Positions 1 through 14,010 of a DNA stretch of 64,000 bases are shown one piece after another. The stretch lies in contig NC_087437.1 of the NCBI RefSeq assembly GCF_036321535.1, forward strand, positions 71,984,001 through 72,048,000, read 5' to 3'. The stretch comes from Camelus dromedarius (taxonomy: Eukaryota). Position 1 is the first letter of the stretch. The number at the start of each line of letters is the position of its first letter. Position numbers and translations under genes: made by a program. The notes below the pieces were generated by a model. The model was not told the origin of the DNA. It saw only the letters and a list, made by a program, of their open reading frames with translations, and searched no databases.

Positions 1-1049
1 ACCCTATGAGGTAGCTACTGTTAATATTCCCACTTTAAAAAGGGAGAAACTGAGGCACATGTAAGTGGTGGAGCCGTTTCAAAGCTGGGCGGTATGGTCT
101 CTGAAGCTTGTGTGCTGAATCACCCTGCCATGCTGCCTTAATGGGCTAGGGATTTTTTTTCGCATGAACATCTTCTACCTTAGAAACATGGAGCTTTGCA
201 AACAAGGTGCCCTTTCATTCTGAACACCGCCACCCTCTTGCCCAATTTCTCTTTGCTGCTAAGTACAGCAGGAGAAAACACACATTTAATCTCCATTAAG
301 ACCTTCAGACTTTTGGGAGAGGAAGTAGTCTGACTTGGGAATGAAGCCTGAAGTACTGAAATTTTTTAAAGAAAGGCAGTTTTATTGCCTCCAATAACAT
401 ATGGTAATACAAAAGAATGGCTAACTGGAACATTTCTCCAAGAAATCCTCTTAGCCTTTCGTAAAAAATAAATACAGCTTATTTGCATAAAACAACTGTA
501 TTAAAGATCAGGGGCTGATTACTTGTGTTCTGGTTAAAAATACGTAAGGATTTTGCAGCTGATTTTTTAGAAGATTAAGGACCCATGTTTTGGAACATGC
601 AACCTTTACGATCATCCCATCAAATGAATTGTTTTCCTTTCATGTCTAGATTCAGGTTTTGGTCTCTCACAGGAGCTCTCTGGCAAAATCCACAAACACA
701 AAACTGTTACGTGAAGGCAAAATGTGATGCCTGCCAACCGACAGCAGGCTAGGATTTGCTTTTATAGATAGACGGCACAAACGTCTTGGTGCTTTGTGCC
801 AGTGGGAGGTTCCCACACTTACTGGGAATTTGTATAAAGAAGAGAATTTTCCAGAGACTCACTGTGTCTAGACAGGACCAGGGAATCTGCAATATATGTA
901 ATATCAAATTTTATTTTGTTCTTTTTTGTTTCTTACTATTTCTTCCCCTGCCCATGCAATTCTAGTGCATCACACTTTGAGAACCATTGCCAGGTTGTGG
1001 GGAGGGCCTGGGGCCTGGGAGTGGGGGTGGGGATGGGGTTCTCAGATAC

Positions 1050-1250
1050 ATCAGTGGCTCCAGCATTACCTGTACATTGTACTCACTTGCAGCTTTATTT
1101 AAAGAAACACCAACTCCGTGAGATGTACTCATGACCGGATTAAAGCAGAATTTTTGAGTGGACCCGCACATCAGCATTAACAAACAGCAAAACAAAACCA
1201 AAAACTCTCTGGGTGATTCTAATGTGGGGGCCATTGGTGAAAAACCACGA
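1050..1250. mobile_element. MER5-like hAT MITE
   Basis: CAGTGG...GGGTGATTCTAATGTG...GAAAAACCAC pattern. Confidence 0.55.
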
Positions 1251-3829
1251 AAAGTCAGATTTGGAGCACCACACTCAGGGGTATGTTTAGCTGAAAAGTA
1301 GAGGACAGGGTACGCTGAATGTACAGGTGGACAGGTGGTGTGTGTCTTCTCCAAGTTAGAATGAATTCTTGTGAAGGGAGACCCTACCTTAGGAAACAGG
1401 TGCTGCCCAGCTAGGCCGCCCCGTCTATCCTTCCTACACCTGTTCATTCATCCTCTCTCCAGCCCGCGGAGCAGGTGCAGGGCCACAGCCCAGGGCCGTC
1501 CTGCAGCCATCAGCCTAAGGCGCTTTGGGCCAGACCGTGCCCTCACTTCTCCTGGGCTTTGCTGGAGCCTCCCCCTCTGTCCTGGGCTGCTCTCCCGCTG
1601 CTCCAATCTGGCAGCTGCACAAACCCCTGCAACCTGGTGGTTTCTGAATGACATCCCTTCAGCCTCAGCCCAGGGGCTCTGGCTTTTCTGTTTGTTTTCT
1701 TTTTGCTTTCTTATTTAAGAAGCTCAAGAGAACTTAAAAGCAGACCCTTGAAAGCTAAGCATTTCTAATCACATAAAGGTGTCTCTGCAGGGCCTGGGCT
1801 GAAGAGGGTTTGTTTGGGGGCTTTCATCTTTCTGTGTCTCCCCTTCCTTCTTCAAACAATCTTTCTGGGCTCTTATCCACCCAGCTTCTTTGCTGGATGC
1901 CCACCCCCATCATCTCCATGTTTGGGGCCCAGAGGGTAAAGGAGCAAAGGGGTGGGGGTGGCCGAGGGCCTGAGTGGGGAGGGAGGAAGCAGTTGGCCCC
2001 CACACTGGGCCCAAGGAGACTTTGTGAGAAAGCCCCTCTCCATCTGCAGCCCAGCCCGGTGGGAGTCAATTAATTCTGAATAACCTAAACCGACAGAGGT
2101 ATTTGCATTCACAACCTGACTGATGACCGTATAAAATTGATTTATGAATTAAAGTGCTTCCCCTCCCTTTATCCTGATTCAGGCTGTAATTGATTATACG
2201 TGCTGCAGCGAAATGAAATAAAAGAAAATTAGAAAGAAAAGAAAAAGGAACGTGAAAAAAAAGAAAGGCCCTCGCTTGGCGGTCCAGCATTCTCAGGGTT
2301 CCCCAGGATTAGCCATTCTATTCATCACTTATCATTTTTTATTTAAAAAGTTACTTCCCCCTTTGTCTCCACCCCACAGCCCCCCTCCCCATCTCTGCTA
2401 TTGCCAGCATTCTTCCCTCTGGCCTCTGCCCACTCGCTGACCCTCTGGGGGTGAAAGAGCCAGTTACCCTCACGCTCCCTGGATGGAGAGAGAAGCTCAA
2501 AGGGGCAGGGCTTCTCCCAGGCAGCACAGCACCCACAAAAATTTGAGAAGTAGGCCACGGTGTCTTCCATCTCTGCTCCCCTCTTGTGTGTTAGTCCCTC
2601 ATACTGTCCCTTTTCTGAACCCTCCCTCCGTTCTAAATGCACATAATCAAAATTTCCTGGCAGGAAATTCTCTCATGAGTATGTTCTCAGTAAGGAATCC
2701 ATGAATGCTAAACTTCTTAATGGCTCACTCCTCTCAGCAGAAATTTAGCAATGAGTGAAGTGTTTAGATAAAAAGATATCCTCTCTCATTGTAAAATTTC
2801 AAGCTCCTTCTACCTAAGGGACAACCCTTTTCTTAGTAGGGGGAGGGTCTTGGGCAGGGGAGCAGGGGATCTGAATTCCAATCACCTACATAGCATAAGA
2901 AGAGAATTTGGAAACAGCTGGACCAAGATTCTGAAAATTATTAGTCACGTGTCCTTGTGCAAGTCACTTAACCTTTCTTGCTTTCAGTGACTCCAATTTA
3001 CGATAGAGGTGCCTTCCTAAACTCAGATAATGCATGTAATTCCCTTGAAGGGTGGCTCAGCAAACACGGCAGATCCTGTGCAAACATTAGGACCTATTTC
3101 TTTGCTTACTCTGCTTCTCCAATAAAGCAGCTCTGACTCAAGAGTTTTCTGCCAGTAGGATAATCAATGGCTTTCTCCCAACTCAAACCCAGTGTTGCTA
3201 TCTGAATGACAGAGCACTGTCTTTTGTGGCCAAACCAGATCTTGAGAACAGACTGCCTTCCTTACTTCTGTATCCACAGAGATCCTGGCACACAAAATAT
3301 ATCCTAATGCAATCATCAACCATCTTATGCAATTCGCCCTCACTGCTTCTGCACCTTCTGTCTCCCGGCTTCTACCTCAGGACTGCCAAGATTTGATGTC
3401 CAGTTCCCACTACTTTTCTTGCCTCAGTTGTTGTTGCAAAAAGCCCCCTTCCTTTGACAGGTACAGTATCCACTCCTCTCCTCTAGTGCTAACGTGCAGT
3501 TTTAGGGGTAACCTCATATTAGGTGCTGTTGGCCTCATTTCGCAGAAGGTTAAACAAAGTAGGGAGAGGTTGCTTGTGTCTGACTGTAAAAAGCCAACTC
3601 TTGACACCCAGCACGACGCATGCACTCATCTGCCTGGTCTGGGATCTGCCATCCGGCCATCTGGACAAAACTATGACCTTAACCTCTGCCATGTTAAGCC
3701 TGGAGGGGGACCAAGAGCAATCAGGTGTGAGCAATTAGTTATCAGAGCCTTGGAGCTGGCCAGCCAGTGAGCTGGATGGAGAAGTGTGGAGATATAGAAT
3801 GTTGAGAGGCTTACTTCTGTTGCTCAACT

Positions 3830-4495
3830 TCAAAATGAGAAAAACCTACACATGGATGTTTACAGCAGCTTTATTCATAACTGCCAAAACTTGGAAGTAA
3901 CCAAGATGTCCTTCAGTAGTTTATGGATACATAAACTGTGGTAGATCAGACAGTGAAATATTAATCGTTGATAAAAAAGAAATGAGCTATCAAGCTAAGA
4001 AAAGACTTGAAGGAATCTTAAATGAATATTGTTCATTGAAAGAAGCTAATCTAAAGACACTACATGCTGTAAAATTTCAACTATATGACATTCTGGAAAA
4101 GGCAAAACTATGGAGACAGTAAAAATATCAGTGAGTGCCAGGGGCTGGAGGGGAGGTGGGAGGGAGGAGGGGATGACTAGGTGGAGCACAGGGGGCTTCT
4201 AGGGCAGTGAAACTATTCTGTTCGATACTGTAATTCTGGATACTTTTCATTATACAATCGTCAAAACCCGTAAGATGTAAAGCAGCCAAATATATACCAT
4301 GGACTTTAGTTAATAAATATATATAAATATTGGCTCATAGGCTGTAAGAAATGTACCACATCAACACAAGATGTTAATAACAGGAGAAACTGTGGCGAAA
4401 AGAGGTAAGGGAACGGGGAGGGGCAAAGAGTACACGGGAAGTCTCTGTGTTTTCCATTCAATGTTTTTATAAACCTACAATTGCTCGAAAAATGA
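3830..4495 (+). mobile_element. Old L1M 3' end
   Basis: ATGTTTACAGCAGCTTTATTCATAA...GGAAAAGGCAAAACTATGGAGACAG, typical L1M ORF2 end and 3'UTR. Confidence 0.8.
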
Positions 4496-7400
4496 AGGCA
4501 ATTAGAGAAAGAGAGAGATTCTTTTATCATTACTGAGTTTTAGCTGCTTGTCGGAAAAATCCTACGTGAATGTCAGTTGATTTTCTCAATCTTAATGACA
4601 GGTAAAAAATGATTTCTGAAGATATAAAAACAGCTTGTTAATGTACAAAGAAAGATAGAGCCTGAAACTGTAACACACTGATGGGTCCCAGTGGCCGTCA
4701 TTGCAACGGTGCCAGTCACAAGCTCAGGACAGTCCACATGGCTCTGCTAAGCAGAAGCTGATCCTTCTTAAACAATGGTTTCCTTGGAGCTTCCAAAGAC
4801 ACAGAGAACGAAAGGTCAGAACTCTTACTTATGGCAAAAGGGCAATCTGCAGAGAATGGATGGAGAGTTGTTAAAACCACAAAAATGAGATCCTGGAATC
4901 AGTTTGGTCATAGCAGCCCAGTCAAACATTCCTGGCAAGTCACTCAGCCACATCAGTGCTCTTCTCTGAACATCTTCATCTCTGGTGTCCCACGACTTTG
5001 CTTTCCTTTCTCAGGGCAGATGTTTCTTCTGCACTCTCCTCTACACGTGTTACCGAGAATGTCTCTTCTTTTGTTTAGAGGAAACCCAATCTTAATTCTG
5101 GTCTCTAACTTCAGCATCTTCCAATATTCCGGACAGTCTTCCTCATAGGGTCCCACTACCACAGAGGGGCCAGGCTGGACTCCAGCTCCATCTCTGTGAC
5201 TGTCTGGGCTCCTGCCCTCACCAAAAACTATCTTTCCACCTGCACAGAATCTAGCACAGCCCAGACCAACGCTCCTCCTATTATAGCTGTGATACTTTGT
5301 CTACTTGGCCCAGTTTCCCAATCAGCTCAGTGCTCCTGTACTCAGCAATCACACTTCAGGGAAATATGTCATTTATATATAGCACTCTCCCTAATTCAGC
5401 TCAACAAATCTGTCTGACCTACAAAACCAGGCTCTGCAGAATCAGCAAAGGAAAAGAATAGCCCTTTTCCTTGGAGCCTGACTCTGAAGCCAAGATGTGT
5501 GCCAGTTAAATAAATAGAGAACAATTTCAAGCCAAGATAATAAACAAGGGCTTGGTGGTGAGGTACTTTTTACATATGTAAACGCCAAGAGAATTCAAAG
5601 AAAGGAATAGATACCTTTGGGAAAAGCTTGTCAGTGAAGGCTTTTGGAAGAAACTAATGTGTAAGATCTAATAGAAAGCTTATGTGGTCTAACGTACTCA
5701 CTTTCCTTGGTTCAGCAAAGAGATGAAAAACAATCATGGTTTGAGTCTTCAGGAAAAGATACGATAAAATAGTAAAGAAACCAACCCAGGAAACACACAC
5801 ACACAAGGAAAAAGTAAACTAATAGCAAAAAAATTTTTCACCAACCATATCTTTTTTCAATTGAGTTATTTAGTATAGTTTTTCCCTTTTAATCTGATCG
5901 TGAAGTTTAAACCAGGTGATTTCAGAACAGCTCCTATATTATCCTTCCCTTCTCCTTTTATCTTGTTTTAATGTCCAATGGTGTTGGACTAGGAAATGAC
6001 TAGGATAAAAATAAAAACAGAAGGACCAAAGTTAAAGTTGCCAGACGTAACTGCGGGAGTCTCAAACAAGGTGTAAATTGTGTGGAGTTCAGGGCAGACT
6101 TGGAGAAGTTAGGAGAGGGGAAAAAGGAAGAAGAAGAATCATACTGACTATGTTTTAAAAAAGAAGTCATTTTCAAGTCTGCAAATGAACAGGCAATCAG
6201 AAACCCTGATGCCTGGCCATAAACTCTAGAGGCTGAGAAACATCCATGTACTCAGAACACTGTTTAGGTCATCAGTGTTCTCTCTTCGGAGAGGAGGATG
6301 GGAACACCTCACAGAGTGCTGCAGGGAGATGATAACTGACACACATAAAGCATTAAGAACAGTGCCTGGTGCAGAGCAAACACTACAGTATTGACTTTTA
6401 AGATTCATATGTGATAAATACACACAAAAGGGAAAAAGAACAAACAAAAACTCAATCACACTCAATATTTAGTTGGTATATTATTTTTAAATAACCACAT
6501 ATTTTCTCTTTTCAAAATAAATGCTATCTAGGATAGAAATGAAACAGGTAAATGAATGTTGATCCTGGTTTAATAACAAATCTGTTTTTGTTCAGATGAG
6601 GAAATATACCCTAGTAATCACTTTAAAATGACCTTTGATTGCCTGATATTAAGATGTCTATAGTAGGCATGTGTTCAGCCTATTTAAAAACACTATGTAT
6701 ATGTATATTTGTTTGTTTGTTTTGTTTTTTGTTTTTTCCTGATTAAAGAGTGGTTTAAAGGGCTAAATCGACATCAGCAGAAGTAAGGGCTTGCTCCACT
6801 AGAAGGACCTTCTTCCAACCTTGGAGTCAGTGTTCCAAACCTTGCGGAAAAGTGGGTTGACCTGTCCCTGAAGTGTCCCCTGTGTCACCATAAGAGTCCT
6901 TGTGCCATACCAAGTCTCTCTACTTGATTTGGTTGGATGTCCTCACCACGTAATGGCCCCTGCTGGTCTAGCCACATGAATCAGATGCAGGGAGAAAGAA
7001 GGGTTCCCTAAAGTGTTCCTCCAAGGCTGTGCATTTGGTGGAGAGTAAGAGCAGCTGGTGAGAGAACTCTGCCCTCCTGATAATTCAGAGTGCAGTGTCC
7101 CGGCCACTGTCTCACTGAATTCTGCTCATTTACTTCCATGAAACCGAAAAGTGGGGACGCACAATCTCTGAGCCGCCTGAATGACATCCCCTCCTAGTCC
7201 TTCCAGCTCAGCATCGGAGTCTAACAGACTGTGTTCCCAAGGAACACTGGTCTCAGTTCTCTGGTCCTCAGTTCCTCATGGTGACCTTACAGAGGAAGAC
7301 ACCTCACATTATATTTCAACTCCTTAACCCTCTTATAAAAAGACACATTTCAATTCTCCAAAATGACTTTTTTTATCAAAGAACAGGACTTTGCTTATCT

Positions 7401-10186
7401 GGATTCCTAGAGATATTCCCCAGGAGTCTGGGGGCGAATCTTCCATAAAACGACGCTGGATAACCAAGCAGCAACCTGGAGAGTGGAGTCTGCTCTACTG
7501 CAGGGAGGAAACTGGCCTCCACAGAAGGTCCTGACAGATTTGAGGCGAAGTGCAATTTTAGGGAAAAGTAGTCTGCTGAGCAAAATGTGCTGAAAATTTA
7601 TCCCTAGTATCAAAAAGCCAAAATTAATTTGGAAACTTTTTGTGTGCGTGGGAAAAGCTGAATGCTTATGCAAATACTATTTTTGAAATGAAGAACAAAT
7701 GCAAAAAGGCAAGGCCAACAATACAAGAAAAGAAAAAAAAGTCAAAGCCTTAAGTTTGTAAGTACCTGGTAAACAATTCTGGTTTTGAAAAGCAACTTGG
7801 AATTCTTAAAAGTTATTTCAACGTTTACGACTTCGCGTGCTATTCATAGCCGAGGTAACTGCTTTGATTTTTGTTTTGAATATCTTTACTACTAAAAATC
7901 ACATTCTGGAAAGGTAAGAATTTTTAAAACATAAAAATCCTTGGGGGATAATTTACCACAGGTCTGTGCTGAATCATTCTTGAAGGTGTGATAACAGTGT
8001 ACCTTTTCCAATTTTCTATTTAGGGGTCAACAGTTTTAGCACACAGACATCATCATTAATAGACGGGAAAAAAAAATGTCCCCTCTTAAAAAAACATGAG
8101 CCTGCTCAAATAAATAAGATATGTTGTAAAATTAAAAATTTCAACTGTGAGGATGAAGTTGTAAAAAGTTGGCCACTTTTGATTCTAAAGTGGGCCTTTG
8201 TAGCCGTTATCTGAACCCCTGGAATAAAGAGGGTTGATTTGCGATGGAATCTCCGGAGCCTGCAGTCATATATTACAATATGTTGTAAATCCACAGGGTA
8301 CAATATAGATTTCACAGGGGGCCCTGGGGTTAATTGAAATTCCATCTGTTTCTTCTCTGTGGCAAACTTACTATCCTGGGATGTTCACTCGGGATAAGAG
8401 ATGAGATCACAATTTTTTATTTTCAGGCTAAAGTTGAAGTTTGCCTCGATCTGCTCCTGCCTACTTTCTACCTCCTACCTTCAAGTTAAAAAAAGTTTAC
8501 AAGACAGCCTTTATTTTCCCCACAGCTGCCCCGAGGCAGCCCCCGCTCCTTCTTTCCAGTGCATGCCGGGCAATGCCACGTATTCTTAGACTCCCAATGG
8601 CCCCCATTACTGTCAATTAGTTACGGAATGCTACCGGGATTCATGCCTGACAGCTCGGGTAAAGGCAGGAGAAATGGGCTCAGCAGGGAGCGAGGGGCCT
8701 GCTTCTTTTTTGTGCACAAGAAATACCTTTCTCAGCAAGGCTTTTTATGGCCTTCCCTTCTTTCTTTCCCTCTGCCCAAGTGCCGCGCCCCCCACGGTCC
8801 CAACACACATCATATACACATACGATCCCATATTCACACCCCGACGTATCTGTGAGTCTCTCGCACAGGACTGTGAGAACTCTGGGAGCAGGGAGCTCTG
8901 ATGTGTCCTAATAACCTCTGAAAATTAGCAAGCTGTAGAATTCCAGCTTATATCTTTGCTAGAATCTGATTCCTAACTTCCTTTCTTCCAAAGGTTTCTT
9001 GTTACTAAGTGCCTCTTTTGCCTCTGGCTTATTAGTGTGTTTTCCTTCTGCAGCTCTCTTCCCTCCAAAGAACAAATTCACTGTCTCTGGCCACAGACTA
9101 GGGGTGGGAGCCCACTGCGCTGTGAGGGCAAGGGCTTGGGCAGTGGCTGGGTCGGTCATCCCCTACCAGTCCCACGGCTCTCTGACTTCTTTCTCTACGT
9201 CTTGCCTTCCTCTCCTCCACTTTCCCACATTCCCCCCACCCCTCCTCCTCATCTCTGTGCCTAGCTCATTCCACTCTGGAGACGTGAGGCCAGGGATTTT
9301 GTTTTGCTCATTTTTCTTGTCTCTCTCCCTTTCCTTAGCCACCCAAATATTTATCATGGAAAGACAAAGAGACTTTGTTCGGCTCACCAACATACCTGCA
9401 CTCTATAGAACAGCATCTAACACAATTTCGAGCTCAATAATATTTGTTGAAAACGAATGCATGAATAAAAAACCCATGTAAGAAAGGCCACTGGCGGTTC
9501 TCCGGATGAAGGAGAGCCCAGCATCACACCAAAATGGTTTGCCTCTTCCTGGTCTGCTGTCTTTGCTCTTTTATCTGAGTACCAGTCTTTTATTTATTTA
9601 TTTTTTTAACCATTCAAAATGAAGATACACTAAGAAAAGCCTAACAGGAAAATAACCCCCAACAGAAAATAAATACAATGCTTAAAGAGATTACATTTCT
9701 CCAGATGGGTTTAAGAAAGATGACAGAGTAAAGACAGCAGCAGATGATATACTAGAGAAGAATGCTCCCTGGGGCAATTCCTGCCTGGGTGATACACCGT
9801 TCCAGGCCCTTCCTCTCCTGCAGCCTGGCCTTGTGCACGGTGTCGAGAGGCACCCAAGGGCAGCAGCAGGAACTCACTGTCAGCTGTCTAAGGCAGACAT
9901 CTGCAGAAGGGCAGAGGGAGAAGTTCCAGGAGGAGAGCGAAGTGACAGAACAAGTGAGGGCTAGAAGGTGGACTGTAAATCTTGGAGGGATTTACTGAGC
10001 CCGAAAGGAAGGATGCAGGCATTTCCTTTAGGGCCCTTGCAGTCTGGCACATGAGTTAACTGTCTTATATTGTCAACTCATCAACACCCACACATTTGCT
10101 TTAAGCTTCCTGCAGAACCATCAAGCATCACATTCATGCCACCTGAGATGAATTTCCAACGTGTCTGATGATCAAATCTGCTTTAC

Positions 10187-10325
10187 TAGTGCTTTTCAAA
10201 CTTTCATGTGAATGCGAATCAACTGGCAATCTTGTGAAGATGCCAATTCTCAGGGGTGTACTGAGATTCTGCATTTCTCACAAGCTCCCAGATGATGCCT
10301 TTGCTCTGGCCCACTGATACACTAA
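10187..10325. mobile_element. MER5-like hAT MITE
   Basis: TAGTGCTTTTCAAACTTT...GAGATTCTGCATTTCTCACAAGCTCCCAGATGATGC. Confidence 0.7.
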
Positions 10326-11149
10326 GTCAGTCACAAGACATTACTTTACCAACTTGGCAAGAAATGGAGATAGCCTTGTGAAGATGGGCTGAACGTAACC
10401 TGAATTAAAGAAGCAAAAGTCTCACTAACAAAGATTTTGATGCCTCACATAAGAGAAAAAGATGTATTTATAGCTAGGATTCTCATCTTTCCTTTTTGGT
10501 AAATGAGCATGGGTGGTGCTTGGAAATAGTAAATTAATTTATGATCTAGATATACTAAAGCTGTTTGTCCAGGATAAACTTCCATTTTTTTCTACATACT
10601 TCAATCAGATTCTATTACAAAATTCCTTTTTCTTTTTCTTTCTTTTTTTTTTTCTTTGAACAGCAGAGTTACTTCAACATGAAGAAAGAAATTAGCCAGT
10701 GTATGAGAAATGAGGTTAACTTGAAAAAGAATACACTAGCTGTCTACTTTGCTTCTTTCCTACCTGCTAAGGAAAAGGCAAAAAGAAAAGATGGGGTATG
10801 TACATATAGTTCCACTGGTAGCCAATCAGTAAGATTTTGTCTGAAAAGAAGTCCAACAAAGTATCCACACCAGCACATAGTTAACCTTATCCAAGGTGTG
10901 TGCTCTCATAAACACACAGGCTTGGGACTTAATTTACAGTGGCAAAATTGTATTTATAAACTTAGGAAAACTCAGAAGAGAACAGCTAATATTTCCTAAG
11001 CCTGAGATAGGTGTCAGCTGGGGGTCCAGATATAAACATAGCAGACTATCTAGTTTAGGAAGATAACAAAAAATTCAGCAGCATTTAAAATCTAAAATGT
11101 AATTTTATATAACTTCATAAACTGCCAGGAATTTATGGGAGTTAAAGGA

Positions 11150-12200
11150 ATTTTACGGTAAAAAAGAGATTAATTTAGATTGAGATGGTCAAGGAAGGTT
11201 TTCTGAAAAGTAGGATTTGAATTGGAATTTGAAGGTCAGGAGAGACGAGAATAAGAGGGATGAGTTTCTCAGGAAGGACAAAGCAATTATGTGGATAAAA
11301 GAGAACATAAAATGGGAGCTTAGGAGCAGAACAGTTTGCAGGAGTGATGAATTTGTTTAAGGGAAATGCAGTAGTGGGATAAACAGCGGGAACACAAAGT
11401 TGGGATCAGATTAAAAAAGGTCTTGAATGTTAGGCTAAGGTTGGACTTGATTCTGTAAATTATATGGAACCACTGGATGTTCTAAATAGAAAAGTACATT
11501 TTAACAGAAGTATTTTAATAGAGTAATTTCAATTGTCCAAGTGTCAGGGATAAGGGCCAGAATTAGGAAGGTGGTGAAGGGAACTGAATAGATGGGACTG
11601 AGGGTTGACCTAAAGGAGTCATAGACTTTAATGATTGATGGGATATTAATGGATAGGCAGTGACCTCGAGGCTTCAGGGCAGTAGGATAGAAACTGAACA
11701 GTTTAGAGGGGAAGATAAGCTCAATTTGAGATATTTTAAGTTGTAAGTAATAGTAGGATGAACAAGGAGAAAAATCCAACAGACAATTGGAAGTGTGACA
11801 GTGTGACCTGCTGAGACATGGTCATAACTGGAGCCTTGTAGGTCAAAGTCATCTCCGAGGAGAAACATGCACAGACTGAATCTTAGGAAAGGTCTGTATG
11901 TGCGGCCTGGATGGAGAAATAGCAGTAGTGGAAGAAATAGAGGCACACAGAGTATTAAAGAAGGGAAAGGAAGAGGGCGTGGCCACAGCATCCTATGCAG
12001 CAGAGAACCAAGCACGGTGAGATGAAGGAAAGAGCCTTCAAGGTTCCTACTGCCCCTCCCAGTAAGGGCAATGCAGAGCGAAAGGGGGGAAACCAGATGG
12101 CAAGAGATTAAGGCATGACCAAGTCATAACACAGTAGAACTTATCGTTTAGATGAAAGGAAAAATAGGATGGAAACTGAAGGGGAATGTAAGAGCAAGTG
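11150..12200 (-). mobile_element. L2 fragment
   Basis: Purine-rich antisense L2-like text (GGTCAAGGAAGGTTTT...GGTCTTGAATGTTAGGCTAAGG...). Confidence 0.55.
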
Positions 12201-12315
12201 CTTTTGTCTTTTAATTTACTATAGTGGTGGCATGGGTTTCTTTGTTTATTGATTAAGGAGATGGGGAAAAAAAAGGAGAGAAAAGTTGGTGGTATCTAAA
12301 AACTGTAGAGGAACA

Positions 12316-12441
12316 GGTGAGGGTATAGCTCAGTGGTACAGCGTGAGCTCAGCATGCACCAGGTCCTGGGTTCAATCCCCAGTACCTCCATTAACAAATT
12401 AAATAAATAAATGAACCTAGTTACCACCACCACCCCAACAA
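12316..12441 (+). mobile_element. tRNA-derived SINE (Vic-1-like, camelid)
   Basis: A-box TAGCTCAGTGG, B-box GGTTCAATCCC, A-rich tail. ~20-bp TSD AAAAACTG(T/C)AGAGG(A/G)ACAGG at 12298 and 12442. Confidence 0.85.
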
Positions 12442-13579
12442 AAAAACTGCAGAGGGACAGGAATTTGAGGAGGCAAATTCCTGAAGGTGATAGGCCCTTT
12501 GTTAAAGAGGTAAGCCCTATAAATGGTGACCGCCCCCCAAGCAAAACAAAACAAAAAAACCTCCAACAAACCTGCCTCCACATATCTGGAAGAAGCGGGG
12601 AGCAGAGATGGAATATTCAGGCTCCCGGAGGCCCCACCACCTCAGTAAAGTAGCATTTGAGATGATTTTCAAGCTCTGGGTCTGGAGGTAAAGTGGAAGA
12701 ATGGAGAGGGTTGGGACTCTCCATAAGAAACTGGCAACAGGAGAACAGGAAGCATTGCTAAAGAGTTGAGAGGAGCATGAATGTGCCAAGTAAGCGCAGA
12801 CACACACCTAAGGACAGTGGGCTGGACTCGGGGATGACAAGCCGACACAACAGGCTGGGGAAAGTGAAGAAGGCACCAGAATGCCAGGAGCTGAAGGCAG
12901 CACCGAAGTCTTGGGCCATTGGGTCCACAAGGAGTTCAAACACCTCAACTGGGATGATCCAGAAACTAGAGCACACCAGCAAGAGGAAGATGATTAGGAA
13001 TGGTGAATAAAAACAATCTGGAGACCACGAGCATCCCAATTCAAAAGGCACTTGTTGGAAATCAAGCAAAGGCTAGTAACTAACTGAGCACCACATGTCC
13101 TGCACTGGGCTTGGGCTTGTTGGGGATGCAGGAGTACTTGGCAGTGTTCTGCCCTTGAGCTTCCGTGCAGTTAGAGGGAGGGGAGAAGCACATCTGAACC
13201 CGTGAGCACATCCACACTGTGCAGAAGAGCTTGGACATCAAATATTGGACAAGAGCTGGTTAAGAAGCGGCCAGGACGGCAGAATGGGGGTGGTCTCCTC
13301 TCCTTCCTTCTTCACATTCCTTCACATTCTCCCCAGTCTTCACAGCCAAGCCACACAGCTGCACCTTCAAGACACTGGAGATGGAGCCAAGGAAAGGGTG
13401 CCTGTGATTTCCCTTTCATGTGAGAGAGACCTGAAAGCTATATTCATTCCCCTGCTCAGAGGAAGATCTGAAAGCCATACTCATTTTTCCTCTACCCCTG
13501 GCATGGGGTATTTTGCCCAGCAGAGCAAGCTGTATTAAGAAATGAGATTTGTGAGAGGTGAGAAGAAGTCCAGAGTTCT

Positions 13580-14010
13580 TTAAAAAAAAAAATTATTTGC
13601 TCCTCCCCCACCCCCAGGTATACTGAGATATAATGCACATGTAACATTGTAGAAGTTTAAAGTATACAACATAATGATTTGACCTAGGTGTACATATACT
13701 GCAAAATGATCACAACAAGATCAGTTAACACACATCACTCTATGTAGTTATGATTTATTTATTTATTGTGTCCTTTTTTTTGTTTTTGTTATGGCGGGGA
13801 GGTAATTAGGCTTACTTACTCATTTTAATGGAGGTGCCGGGGATTGAACCCAGGACCTCATGCGTGCTAAGCACACACTCTGCCACTGAGCCATGCCCTC
13901 CCCCTTTATGTAGTTATAATTTTTTTCCCTCATTATGAGAACTTCTCAGATCTGTTCTCTTAGCAACTTTCAAATACACAATACAGGGTTGTTAAGTGTA
14001 GTCATCATGG
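13580..14010 (-). mobile_element. L1 3' end (interrupted by SINE)
   Basis: TGAGATATAAT...AAGTTTAAAGTATACAACAT...CTCTTAGCAACTTTCAAATACACAATACAG, antisense L1 tail. Confidence 0.75.
13757..13906 (-). mobile_element. tRNA-derived SINE (Vic-1-like) nested in an L1 3' end
   Basis: Same family as 12316, on the minus strand (GGGGATTGAACCCAGG). TSD TATGTAGTTAT(G/A)ATTT at 13741 and 13907. Confidence 0.85.

Noticed and set aside
997..1040. G-quadruplex-like G-run cluster
   Set aside because: Real motif but common genome-wide, with no associated promoter or gene.
1644..7190. CTGAATGACATCCC occurring at ~1644 and ~7177
   Set aside because: A 14-bp match is expected by chance in 64 kb, and the flanks do not align.
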